Virus record (IMG/VR): IMGVR_UViG_3300023110_001306
Location: 1-64,000 of that record
Origin: an uncultured virus (IMG/VR IMGVR_UViG_3300023110_001306)
Taxonomy: Duplodnaviria; Heunggongvirae; Uroviricota; Caudoviricetes
DNA: 64,000 nt
Reading direction: 5' to 3' (one strand)
Positions 18,308 through 28,011 of this stretch are shown one piece after another. The notes beneath the pieces are model-generated. The model was not told where the DNA came from and searched no databases. It was given only the letters and a program-made list of their open reading frames with translations. How positions within the stretch are numbered: position 1 is the first letter of the stretch; every line of letters begins with the position of its first letter. Position numbers and translations under genes: made by a program.

Positions 18308-18865
18308 TTATCTTAGGAACTCACGCCAATCGAGGTCAAAGTGGATTGAGTCTACCCTATGAATTCCAATAATATATAGCACATAACTTGCTACACTTGA
18401 TCCTCTTCCGACACCCCATACAATATTGTTTTCACGCATATAATCAACCAAATATACCAAATATTGTAATAATGGATACATTCCTCTTTCAAAAAACTCA
18501 GTTAATTCTTCGGTAATACGTATCCATTCCTTTGTATCACGTAATGCTACTGGATCATCAATTTGTAATTTTTCCATTAATTTTGCTTCAAGCCATTTGT
18601 TTGGATTTAATTGTTTATACTCTTCTGGCATAAACCATTCGCTTTGACAAACATTATCAAATTCTTTTTGTTCTACATCTAATGGAATATATTTTTGTAA
18701 TGGATTCATACCTTGTTCTTCCATTACTTTATTAAACTTATCAATATCGTCACTAGGGTCGCAGAGAACTACATGACACTTGTCAATGTTTCCTGTATAG
18801 ATCATTTCTATCAGGTCACGATTAGAAAATCGTGGTATTCCTAGAGAATCAGTTTTCATAAGCAT
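18308..18865 (-). CDS. Stand-alone fragment of DNA polymerase III alpha (family C)
   Basis: RENNIVWGVGRGSSVASYVLYIIGIHRVD...WREFLR matches the DnaE GRGS region; only 185 aa. Confidence 0.8.
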   Translation of the reverse strand: MLMKTDSLGIPRFSNRDLIEMIYTGNIDKCHVVLCDPSDDIDKFNKVMEEQGMNPLQKYIPLDVEQKEFDNVCQSEWFMPEEYKQLNPNKWLEAKLMEKLQIDDPVALRDTKEWIRITEELTEFFERGMYPLLQYLVYLVDYMRENNIVWGVGRGSSVASYVLYIIGIHRVDSIHFDLDWREFLR

Positions 18866-18875
18866 ATAGTATATT

Positions 18876-19100
18876 TTAATCGATATTGATCAAATTGTCA
18901 AGATCTTTATCAGGATTATTGATAGTTTGTTTTACCAATCTGTCTCGTTGTTCTAATTTTAAATGGTCAAGAATGATAGTGATTTGACGTTTTGCGTCAG
19001 GATTTCTAGTTTGGAAATATTTTTTAGTTAGTGTGCTGATGTTAGCATCTAGATCTGCATCCGATAGATTTTCGGCGTTATTAAATAGCGGATGATCCAT
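18876..19100 (-). CDS. Hypothetical protein
   Basis: 74 aa; SD GAGG. Confidence 0.6.
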   Translation of the reverse strand: MDHPLFNNAENLSDADLDANISTLTKKYFQTRNPDAKRQITIILDHLKLEQRDRLVKQTINNPDKDLDNLINID

Positions 19101-19110
19101 AAATTACCTC

Positions 19111-19674
19111 TTATGCAAACACGCCGACATATTGAGCATATACAGTTGTACCACCGTCATATGTCCAAAAGTCGACAACTACTGGATTTTCGTTGCTGTT
19201 TACAACAAATGGTGCTGGGAAATCCGGTCCGTATTTAATTGAACCGTTATCAGTTGCCCAAGTTACTGTACGTGCAGTACTATCACCTAGTGTATCTAGT
19301 AGTTGAATTCTAATTTTGCTTAGCCTATCTTCTGCAGGCCAATCTTGGAAAGTTAGTGTAACGTTATTACCAATAGTAAATGTTTGAAAATTACCATTAT
19401 TGAAACTAATATTTTGAGGAGCAACAATAGTACCACCTGCGTAATGCTTTTCAGTATTACCAATTAAGTTAGCACCTGTTACGTCATTGCCAAGAAAGTT
19501 GTTTGTGGTGTTTAACTTTGCAGTATTTGTTTGTAGTTCTTCAATTTCGTTTTTTGCCGCAGTAAAGTTATTCTTAATTGTGTTAAAATTATTTCTAAAC
19601 CCCTGCGAATCATTATCCTGTCCTGCAACAGGAAATTGTGCATCAATACTTGTATTATCAATATTACTTGGCAT
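19111..19674 (-). CDS. Virion structural protein
   Basis: FPVAGQDNDSQGFRNNF..IK.NF..AKNEI motif; late promoter at 19698-19704. Confidence 0.7.
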   Translation of the reverse strand: MPSNIDNTSIDAQFPVAGQDNDSQGFRNNFNTIKNNFTAAKNEIEELQTNTAKLNTTNNFLGNDVTGANLIGNTEKHYAGGTIVAPQNISFNNGNFQTFTIGNNVTLTFQDWPAEDRLSKIRIQLLDTLGDSTARTVTWATDNGSIKYGPDFPAPFVVNSNENPVVVDFWTYDGGTTVYAQYVGVFA

Positions 19675-19708
19675 ATTAGTTCCTCTCTAACTTAATATAT
19701 TTATCAGA

Positions 19709-22700
19709 TTACACATTATATCTGTAATTTCCGAAAGCGATATACTGCTCATTACTGTTGTTTTCAGTAGCATCGATAATATATCTGTCAATTTCGAAGT
19801 CTATTTGTTTAAAATCAAACCCGCTATTCTGAATATTTAACAGTATTTGCTGGCTTGTCCCTGGCTTACAATAACACAATGGAACAGCAGTAACATACCC
19901 TAGTTCTTGTACACCGTCACCCTGTGCAGTTGCCATCCATAACGGTAAGAAACTTGCTTCTGTAATACCCACCTGACTAATATTTTCACGCATATTGTCA
20001 ACACTACTTAAAAAGCGTGTGTTGTCATTTGGATCACTAATTATTACAGCATCGCTGTCTACTTTAAGTGTATTATAGTCAGGTCTAAATCTAAATGGAT
20101 CACTGCTTGTAGTAGCAATTTGACCTACATTTAATTCTTGCCCATTTCTTAGTGTTACTTGAATGCTTCCATTAGCATCATATACAACAGTACCGGCTCT
20201 TGTAATAATTTCCAAGTCATTACCTAATGCTCTAACTTGAATAAGTTGACCAATACTATTTCTAATTTCAAATACTGCTAGACCAGCACCTTCTTTAGTT
20301 ACATCGTCTCTTGTTTCTAATTCAATGCTATCAACAGTAATTTTATCTTTGTTGGCTATGCTAATTTTTGATCTTAATTTGTTTTCATTTTCTATGTTCT
20401 TTAACGGATCAATTACATCAACATAAATTACTTCATATAATGTGTCGGTACTACCGATGTTTTTAGCAACAGCAGTTCTTAAAGCACCAAACTTAAATCT
20501 TTTTCTCTTATGATTCTTTCTACTTGCAGAAATATATTCTCTAATGTTTCTTGTTTCAATACCTGCATATACTAACATTTTAATATCTTTTTGTAAACCA
20601 AATTGTGAGTCGTTTGGTCTGTAGATCGACCCTGGTAAAAAGATATTACTGTCACCGATAAAGTTTTTGTAAATTTGTCTTTGTGTTTCTTTTAAGAATG
20701 GTTTTACATATAAATTTGAATATGTAATATTATCTGGATCTGTTACAACAATATTAAATGTTTTCTTTGTAGCACTAAAGCCAAATCTGTCTCTTGCTTC
20801 GATAGTAAATGTAAACTTACGATCAATAGTCGAAGTACCGCCATCAAGTGTAAACAAGTTTTTATCAATTGTTGTCAAACCTAAGTTACCGTCATTAGCA
20901 AACTGTCTTACTTTACCAACAATTTCGCCGTTAAGATTAATTGATAATCCCGGCGGAAGTCTACCTTCTGTCAAGTTGTATAATAGTGTTGCATTAGGTA
21001 CGTTAGTTACAGCATTAACAGAGAATGTACTTGTAAAGTTTGCTTGAATAGTTCCTAAGTCTTCGACTGTAGTCCATTGGATAGTACTTTCAACTTCACC
21101 TAGTATTTTTACTGTAAATGTTTTTTTCTTTTCTGCTAAAATATCACTACCGATATCTGTATATCTAATAGCGTTTACTGTAAACTTATATTCTTTTGTA
21201 ATTGCTGGTTGATAAGGAATTCTACCTGCAACTTCTCCACTAATAGCATCGATGCTCATTCCTGGAGGAAGTATACTAGGACTTCCGTCATCATTAAGTG
21301 CTTCTAAATTGTATTGTAATTCGCCTAAAATTGTTTGTGGGTCAAATACTTCTAAGTAAATTGTAATATAATTGTTTGCTCTTTTGTATCCAAGATCTGC
21401 TGGTGTTAACCATACAGGTGCTCTAAGATACGTGTTATCAGCAGTGAATATTCCTGTACCTACTTGCATTACTGTGTTGTCTGATCTTAAGAAATCATCA
21501 CCTACAACATAAATTTGGAAGGTACGTTTTTCAATAGTGTCACCGTCGCTTACACTTACTTTAAATTCATAATAACGATTTAGTTTTTTACGACTTTGTG
21601 TTGCAATAGCATAATCATAACCTTGTGTGTCATAGTAGTAACTTTCAAAACCATTAGCACTTCTTAAACCAAAGTCAAATGCATAAGCGTCAAACTGTGT
21701 TGTATCATAAAAGCCTTGTCCTGCATTTTTATCTAATGCTAAAATAGGATCGATAATACCTACAAGTCTACCGTCAACTGTTAACTGTGTTCCTGGAGGT
21801 AATTCGCCGTCGCCGTCTGCTACATAATATTCTAAAGTGTCGCCTGCTGGTAAATCAGGATCAATTGCCGCAAGTTGAAAATCAATAATACTAGAATCTA
21901 AAACATAGAAACTGTTATTAGTACCAATAGGAAGTAGTCCTTCGTTCGTTGACCATACCGGTTCATCTGGACCTTGTACTTCAATAATGAATGTTCTATC
22001 TCTAATACCGTCCTCATTAGTTGCTCGTAGAACAAACTCAAACTCAGTATTTCTAGCAACTTCAAATGGAGTACCAATAATTTGACTGCTTGACAATCTC
22101 ATTCCATCTGGTAATTTACCACTAATAAGTGTAATAACATCTGTGTTAAGTGTAATTGATGTTGCTGATCCAACATCTAAGTATACATCTTGTAAGTTAT
22201 CTTGTGTATAAAGTAAAAAGTTAGAAACAATAGTTTTTTCAAAATCTTCAATAGTGTGTGTAGTACCTGTTTTATAATGTAGTACTTGCCCTGACAAATA
22301 TGAGTAATAATATGTTTGGAAAGCACCATAAAAGATACCGCCAACATCAGGAATTACATTTCCGTTATATCCTTGTGATTTTGCCCAATAAAAGGTATTG
22401 TCTTGTGCTGGATAATAGTTATATCCGTCGGATGAAATTCCACCATTATAATCTATTGTTGTATCATTAATACCGTTAATAGTTAAAATTCTTCTTCCTA
22501 AGATAGGTGAAGTTACAGTATCATAATTGGCATCGTTTAAACCAGTTGATAGATATGAACTTGGTTTATAAAACGTGTTAGTTCTAAACTGTGGATCAAA
22601 GAGTGCAGTTTTTACAAATACAAAAGTATCTACTGAACTATCGTCAATTTCAATTAATGCTCGTTGTGCTAAAGCACCACCGTTGCCTACACCTAAGATT

Positions 22701-23197
22701 CTAATTTTAGTAGAGTCAACGTTTGAATAATTTTTTAGGTTAACAATTAATTCTTCAAGAAACTGTATATCAGGATGTTTGCTTTCAACAGCAATATTCC
22801 AATCTTGGTTAATACCTGTTGGAGCAATAAGAATATGATCACCTAAATAGTTTTGCCAGTCAGCAATCATGTTACTACCACTACCGCCATTATCGTGTAG
22901 CAGTATACAAACCGGAACAAGTTTATTGTTTAGTGCCGGAATTGACGGAATTCTAATACTAATATTATCATACACGTGATCAGTTACAGGATCATTTGGT
23001 GTATTAATTGTAATAGTTAAATCTGTTGTGTTAGTTACTTTAGGTACAGGATCTAAACTTAATGCACCTGTGCTAGGGTTAAAACCGCCACCTGCTTGTG
23101 TGGAAGGATCGAGCGGTAAGTCAATTGTAGTTGTTACCCTTTCTTGTAGGGTCGCTAACTTATATCCTGATTTTTGTGTCCAATTTGGTGCTGGCAT
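19709..23197 (-). CDS. Baseplate-wedge-like protein with Ig-like repeats and an inserted alpha/beta-hydrolase domain
   Basis: Repeated G.LPPG..L...G...G Ig motifs; C-terminal LPLWM...LGYVTAVPLCYCKPG...FEIDRY; esterase-like insert near the N-terminus. Confidence 0.75.
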   Translation of the reverse strand: MPAPNWTQKSGYKLATLQERVTTTIDLPLDPSTQAGGGFNPSTGALSLDPVPKVTNTTDLTITINTPNDPVTDHVYDNISIRIPSIPALNNKLVPVCILLHDNGGSGSNMIADWQNYLGDHILIAPTGINQDWNIAVESKHPDIQFLEELIVNLKNYSNVDSTKIRILGVGNGGALAQRALIEIDDSSVDTFVFVKTALFDPQFRTNTFYKPSSYLSTGLNDANYDTVTSPILGRRILTINGINDTTIDYNGGISSDGYNYYPAQDNTFYWAKSQGYNGNVIPDVGGIFYGAFQTYYYSYLSGQVLHYKTGTTHTIEDFEKTIVSNFLLYTQDNLQDVYLDVGSATSITLNTDVITLISGKLPDGMRLSSSQIIGTPFEVARNTEFEFVLRATNEDGIRDRTFIIEVQGPDEPVWSTNEGLLPIGTNNSFYVLDSSIIDFQLAAIDPDLPAGDTLEYYVADGDGELPPGTQLTVDGRLVGIIDPILALDKNAGQGFYDTTQFDAYAFDFGLRSANGFESYYYDTQGYDYAIATQSRKKLNRYYEFKVSVSDGDTIEKRTFQIYVVGDDFLRSDNTVMQVGTGIFTADNTYLRAPVWLTPADLGYKRANNYITIYLEVFDPQTILGELQYNLEALNDDGSPSILPPGMSIDAISGEVAGRIPYQPAITKEYKFTVNAIRYTDIGSDILAEKKKTFTVKILGEVESTIQWTTVEDLGTIQANFTSTFSVNAVTNVPNATLLYNLTEGRLPPGLSINLNGEIVGKVRQFANDGNLGLTTIDKNLFTLDGGTSTIDRKFTFTIEARDRFGFSATKKTFNIVVTDPDNITYSNLYVKPFLKETQRQIYKNFIGDSNIFLPGSIYRPNDSQFGLQKDIKMLVYAGIETRNIREYISASRKNHKRKRFKFGALRTAVAKNIGSTDTLYEVIYVDVIDPLKNIENENKLRSKISIANKDKITVDSIELETRDDVTKEGAGLAVFEIRNSIGQLIQVRALGNDLEIITRAGTVVYDANGSIQVTLRNGQELNVGQIATTSSDPFRFRPDYNTLKVDSDAVIISDPNDNTRFLSSVDNMRENISQVGITEASFLPLWMATAQGDGVQELGYVTAVPLCYCKPGTSQQILLNIQNSGFDFKQIDFEIDRYIIDATENNSNEQYIAFGNYRYNV

Positions 23198-23241
23198 TAT
23201 CTATCCTCTAACTTAGTAGTATTTATCGGATATTAATGTTA

Positions 23242-24120
23242 TTAAATTGAGCGTTGTTGTTTAGTTGATGGTCCTACAATATAAGGATATACAGGCTGTA
23301 AACTAGCATTTACTGAAAGGTGATATGCATAAGTTCCATTTGGATATTCTGGAGTTTTTGCAAATCTACCATTATATTCATCTAGTGTTCCTGTACCAAC
23401 TTGATACTCAAAGTCGTTTACAAATGTTCCGGCAGTTTTTTCTGCATATAAATATCCTCGACCTGGGGGTTCACTTGAATAAAATTGATATGAACTAGTC
23501 ATTCTAGTAACAACTGATAACGGATCATTAAAATCTGAATAACCAAATGGACCGTAAATAGGATAACCGTCAAAACAGTAACCTAATATTTTACTGTGAC
23601 CATCTGCGTGTCTAAAGTAATCACCACTAAAGTTTGTACCACTATAATATGTCGGAGTAGGTGTAGCAATAGTTGTAATCATATTGTCATCCCATGCCGC
23701 ACTTGCTTCTGAACTTCCTGTTGGTAGATTTAAAAACATACCAGACATATAATGATACTGTCCATTTGATTCAGGCCAGCCACCTGCATCATCACCACCG
23801 TAGTTTGATCTAAAGTTTACTGAGTTATATTCAAAACCTGTTCCAGGAGCATCGTCTTCAGCATCAAGACCCGGCGGAACTTGACCAATACCTGCATTAG
23901 GAGCATAAAATACTACACCGTTATTAAAAACACCAATTGGAGATAGTGATGCAATTAACTGCGGATTGCTTGTATTTTCTCCACCTCTGTAAGTAAATGA
24001 AAAACTATAGTTTTGTGCTGTTGCTGTATTAGAACTTGGTGCAAATTGGTTTTGCCCAAATGGTTTTCCAAACTTTGCTGGATTAGGTAAACCGTTTGAT
24101 GTAATTGTTAATGTTGCCAT
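23242..24120 (-). CDS. YHYH-domain protein
   Basis: QYHY, HSKILGYCFDGYPIYGP and LDEYNGRFAKTPEYPNGTYAY motifs. Confidence 0.8.
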   Translation of the reverse strand: MATLTITSNGLPNPAKFGKPFGQNQFAPSSNTATAQNYSFSFTYRGGENTSNPQLIASLSPIGVFNNGVVFYAPNAGIGQVPPGLDAEDDAPGTGFEYNSVNFRSNYGGDDAGGWPESNGQYHYMSGMFLNLPTGSSEASAAWDDNMITTIATPTPTYYSGTNFSGDYFRHADGHSKILGYCFDGYPIYGPFGYSDFNDPLSVVTRMTSSYQFYSSEPPGRGYLYAEKTAGTFVNDFEYQVGTGTLDEYNGRFAKTPEYPNGTYAYHLSVNASLQPVYPYIVGPSTKQQRSI

Positions 24121-24128
24121 ATCTTATC

Positions 24129-24833
24129 CTATGCTAGTAACCCCGAATCAAATGTTCTATCATCTGGTAGTAACATTTGACCAAAATCAATATCTGTTTC
24201 GTATATTAACCAGTCACTTAGTCCTCTTACGTTGTTATCTAGTGTACCAAAATCAAAACCTGCTGTGTTTGGTTCAATACTACGAATGTCAATTCCATAT
24301 ACCAAACCGTTAACATTACCAGTTAGTACACCTTGTAAATTACTTGCTGTTAATGTATTTACATTAAAAATATCGTTACCCGCGGCATCAAGGTTTGCAC
24401 TTAATTCCGGAGATGAATCTGTTGAAAGTACAGTTGCTACATCAAAAATAACATCACTGCCAGCAACTCTAGTAGTTACTCCAGTACCACCTGCAAGTCT
24501 AACGCTATCACCGTCAGCAAGTATAACACTTCCAGCATCTGATACAACAACTAATTGCTGTAATCCACCTGTAGCATTTACAGTAATACCTTGTGGTGAA
24601 CTTGTTAACGAAACGTTTGAACCTGCAACTAATTTTTTAAGTTGAATTTCAGCACCAACTTTTTGTGAGAAAAGACCTTCCCCAATGTTTCCTACGTTGG
24701 TTACTGTAGTTGATTCCGGCGCTCTAAGATCTAGGTCATCAAAGTTTTGATTTACTTTAATAAACGCTTCACGGAGATCGTCGCCAGTTCCGTCGTTTGC
24801 AAGTGTTCCAATGTTAATTGTTTGTAAAGCCAT
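24129..24833 (-). CDS. Baseplate/tail protein with a T4 gp9/gp10-like N-terminus
   Basis: INIGTLANDGTGDDLREAFIKVNQNF. Confidence 0.75.
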   Translation of the reverse strand: MALQTINIGTLANDGTGDDLREAFIKVNQNFDDLDLRAPESTTVTNVGNIGEGLFSQKVGAEIQLKKLVAGSNVSLTSSPQGITVNATGGLQQLVVVSDAGSVILADGDSVRLAGGTGVTTRVAGSDVIFDVATVLSTDSSPELSANLDAAGNDIFNVNTLTASNLQGVLTGNVNGLVYGIDIRSIEPNTAGFDFGTLDNNVRGLSDWLIYETDIDFGQMLLPDDRTFDSGLLA

Positions 24834-24862
24834 TATATCTACCTTCTATAGTGTATTTATCC

Positions 24863-26497
24863 TTATCCTTTAGTGAAGCCACTTGAACTTGTATACTTAA
24901 TTTTATCAGGTGAATTTAAAGGAAAATATACTACCTTATTTGTACCACCATATAACCGTGGTGTAGTATTTGCGTACACATAATCATCTGGACCACCTGT
25001 GTCATATAATTCTTCTTGGGCTATATTTTGTAACCAGTCTTTAAATTGTTGAGCAGTTGCACCTGGATTTGCCTGCATATACAAACAACAAATTCCTGCA
25101 ATTTGAGGAGCCGCCATGCTAGTTCCACTAATTCTTGCAATATAGTGTGCATTGCTTTCCGGGTGTGGTTGTTTTGTGCTATAAGTTGATTGTGTACCTG
25201 TGGCACTTGTAATTTGTGTACCAGCGGCATTAATATCTAATCTTTCGCCACGTTCACTTGATTCTGCTAACATTTCTTCACCGCCAAAATCTGTATTATC
25301 AATGTTGCCAACCCATACAGTATCTAATGAATGTGGTGAACTAGGTCTATTATAATATATAGGGTTACCTGCTACAATGTAGCCGGCCCATGATTCATTA
25401 AGTGTGTAATAACTGTTATAACGTGTACTACCATATTGTCCTGAAGCCTGGCCAGCACAAGGATGATATCCATTACCTGCGGCTTTAATGCAAATAACAC
25501 CAGCATCAGTTAATTGTTCTTGTTCAACATCTGCTGGAAGATATTCCATAGGGTGCCTTGAACCTGTACACCCATATTGTGCAAATGTTGCCGAACTAAA
25601 TGTTTGTGGTGCTATGTTTTGGTTAACTCCTCTAAACCAAATAGTTTGAATATTTGGAGGAGTAAAAAAATCTCCGTTATTGTAGTACCAACTGTAGCCC
25701 CAACTTTGATTTACTACTGTAGGACGTTTATAACCTGTTTTAGGATCTACTGGTTTTTGTTCGTGGAATAATCTTATTAGATCGTATCTATCAGTATCTA
25801 TTCTATAACCAGTTCCGCCAAAAATTCTCATGCTGTATATAGTTGCGTTCTTTGCCCAGCCATACGTTTTACCTGCGGCAATACCACAACAATGGCTACC
25901 ATGTGCGCCACCTGGGTTTGAGTCGTTGGAACCTGGCGAATAAAAGTTCGCAGGCATTGATCCTGCTAATCCGGTTAGTTCATACCAATCAACTTGTTGG
26001 AATCGTGTATTACCGTCTGCATCTTCCCATTCAGGATGTCCTGTTGGGTCAACACCGTCGTCTTGAATAATTAAATCAACGCCAGTTCCGTCCAGTGTAT
26101 ATGTATAGTCTGCATTATTTGTTGTTGAAGTATCGTCAACAGCGCCTAGGGATTTTTGAATATGTCTCCATAATCCCCAGTTAACACTATTTTGTGCATT
26201 GTTAGTTGATCTTTGAAAATTTCCTGTTTGTGTTGCATAAAGTTCTTGTGTTTCGTCTAGTGGTCTAGTTGATACAGATAAAATTCTTGGGTCTGTTGAA
26301 AGTGTTTGTGCTTCTTCGTCAGTCAAATTGTAGTGTGTCATTCTGTTGTTAAATTGACGAGCATTTACTACATCAACTGATCTATCAGGTATTGCATCTG
26401 AAACAGAATCGTCCATTGAAGTATCACGTTGTAGGTCTGCATCTAACTCTGCAACGTCAACACCTTTTACAGTTACTACAATATATTCTTTTTCCAT
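24863..26497 (-). CDS. Subtilisin-like S8 serine protease
   Basis: Triad D (IQDDG), H (HGSHCCG), S (GTSMAAP); oxyanion AAGN. Confidence 0.9.
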   Translation of the reverse strand: MEKEYIVVTVKGVDVAELDADLQRDTSMDDSVSDAIPDRSVDVVNARQFNNRMTHYNLTDEEAQTLSTDPRILSVSTRPLDETQELYATQTGNFQRSTNNAQNSVNWGLWRHIQKSLGAVDDTSTTNNADYTYTLDGTGVDLIIQDDGVDPTGHPEWEDADGNTRFQQVDWYELTGLAGSMPANFYSPGSNDSNPGGAHGSHCCGIAAGKTYGWAKNATIYSMRIFGGTGYRIDTDRYDLIRLFHEQKPVDPKTGYKRPTVVNQSWGYSWYYNNGDFFTPPNIQTIWFRGVNQNIAPQTFSSATFAQYGCTGSRHPMEYLPADVEQEQLTDAGVICIKAAGNGYHPCAGQASGQYGSTRYNSYYTLNESWAGYIVAGNPIYYNRPSSPHSLDTVWVGNIDNTDFGGEEMLAESSERGERLDINAAGTQITSATGTQSTYSTKQPHPESNAHYIARISGTSMAAPQIAGICCLYMQANPGATAQQFKDWLQNIAQEELYDTGGPDDYVYANTTPRLYGGTNKVVYFPLNSPDKIKYTSSSGFTKG

Positions 26498-26505
26498 AAT
26501 TTAAA

Positions 26506-28002
26506 TTAATCCTGTCTTAATGCTCTATGTCCTGCAAAAGGAAAATAAGCAATTCTATTCACACCGTTATATAAACTTCTTGTATTTGAGAAAAACGTAG
26601 ACGCATTATTTTCGTCGGTATCACCTTGGAACATTAGGCCTTTAATACTACCTTGATTATGCCACCACTGTCTTGCTTGTGCTGGCGTCCACCCTGGGTT
26701 AAGTTGCATCAACAAACAAGTCATTCCACTAATTTGTGGTGTACTCATACTTGTTCCTGTATAGTTTGCTACGGCAGTCGGACTTGAATTATATGCACTA
26801 ACAATATCAGTACCAGCAACCCACACATCAACCCTTGGACCTTTGTCGCTTGATGTTGCAGTTGCTTCTTCACCGTTATATAATCCACTATCTAGATTAC
26901 CACAAACAATAGTGTTTGGACCAATGTTGCCTGCACCTCTGTTATAGTAAATAGGACTTCCTGCTGTAATGCCGCCTGTTGTAATACTTCTAGTAATATA
27001 GTTGTTGTAATCGATGTCTCCAACGGAGCATAATTTTTGTCCTTGGTTACCTGCACTTTTTACATATATTACTCCAACCTCTTCCATTTCTTCAACTTCA
27101 ACATTTAGGTTATAAAGGTTAGCGTTAAATCTATTTGAAATATCTCCAATCATTCCATATTGTGATGATTTGACTGTGCCTACACTACTGCCTCTAAACA
27201 CAATATCAGTTATGCTTGTAAAGTATGCTTTGTATCCCCAACTAGCACCAACTATGGTCGGACGCTTAACACCAGTAATTGGGTCTGGTGTTTTTGCTTT
27301 GTGAAATTCTTTAATAGCATCAAACCAAGCACTTGAACTAATAGTGTTCATATCTAAGCAATAGATATTTGCATTCTTTGCCCAACCGTAATCTTTACCT
27401 ACAGCCGTACCACAACAGTGGGTAGCATGATAACTTGATCCTGATATGTTGTCATAGTCCTGTGTTAACTCAGCACCCATGTTTGGAAGTGTGTTCCATT
27501 GGAATCTTTGTAAACGACTATTACCGTCTTTATCTTCCCATTGTTCATGATCGTATCTAAATTTAGTTTCTTGGTGTACATAATCAACACCAGTACCATC
27601 TAAATGGTAATCATAAGTTCCGCCAATATCACTAGTTACATTTGAGCCCCATGGATTGCTTTCATTTACGTGTCTAGTAAATGCCCAATTATCTCTAGTA
27701 GTGCTTGTACCATCTCTTTGGTTGTTTAATTCTTGTTGATAGTCTGCCCATTCATCGTCCCAAGTTAATGGTTCGTTTACACCACCTACCCTTGGATCAT
27801 TCATTAATGCTTCTGCTTCAGCATCAGATAATTCTACTTCAAAAATACGTTGACTTGACGGACGAGTATTTACATTATCAACTTGTCTATCAGGAATAAT
27901 ATTACTATCAACCCAACTGTCGCTAGTTGTGTCTCTGTTTAGTTCGTCCATTATTTCTGATTTATCGTATCCTTTAACTAAAGACACTACATAATGTTTC
28001 AT
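26506..28002 (-). CDS. Subtilisin-like S8 serine protease, paralogue of the preceding gene
   Basis: HATHCCG, SAGN and GTSMSTP motifs; the Asp position reads HQET. Confidence 0.85.
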   Translation of the reverse strand: MKHYVVSLVKGYDKSEIMDELNRDTTSDSWVDSNIIPDRQVDNVNTRPSSQRIFEVELSDAEAEALMNDPRVGGVNEPLTWDDEWADYQQELNNQRDGTSTTRDNWAFTRHVNESNPWGSNVTSDIGGTYDYHLDGTGVDYVHQETKFRYDHEQWEDKDGNSRLQRFQWNTLPNMGAELTQDYDNISGSSYHATHCCGTAVGKDYGWAKNANIYCLDMNTISSSAWFDAIKEFHKAKTPDPITGVKRPTIVGASWGYKAYFTSITDIVFRGSSVGTVKSSQYGMIGDISNRFNANLYNLNVEVEEMEEVGVIYVKSAGNQGQKLCSVGDIDYNNYITRSITTGGITAGSPIYYNRGAGNIGPNTIVCGNLDSGLYNGEEATATSSDKGPRVDVWVAGTDIVSAYNSSPTAVANYTGTSMSTPQISGMTCLLMQLNPGWTPAQARQWWHNQGSIKGLMFQGDTDENNASTFFSNTRSLYNGVNRIAYFPFAGHRALRQD

Positions 28003-28011
28003 AGTTACTCC

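Noticed and set aside
4605..18865. Bacterial chromosome interpretation (clpA, def, dnaJ, groES, dnaE)
   Set aside because: These genes are interleaved with lysis, baseplate and T4-like replication genes and late promoters, and host operon context such as groEL or dnaK is missing.
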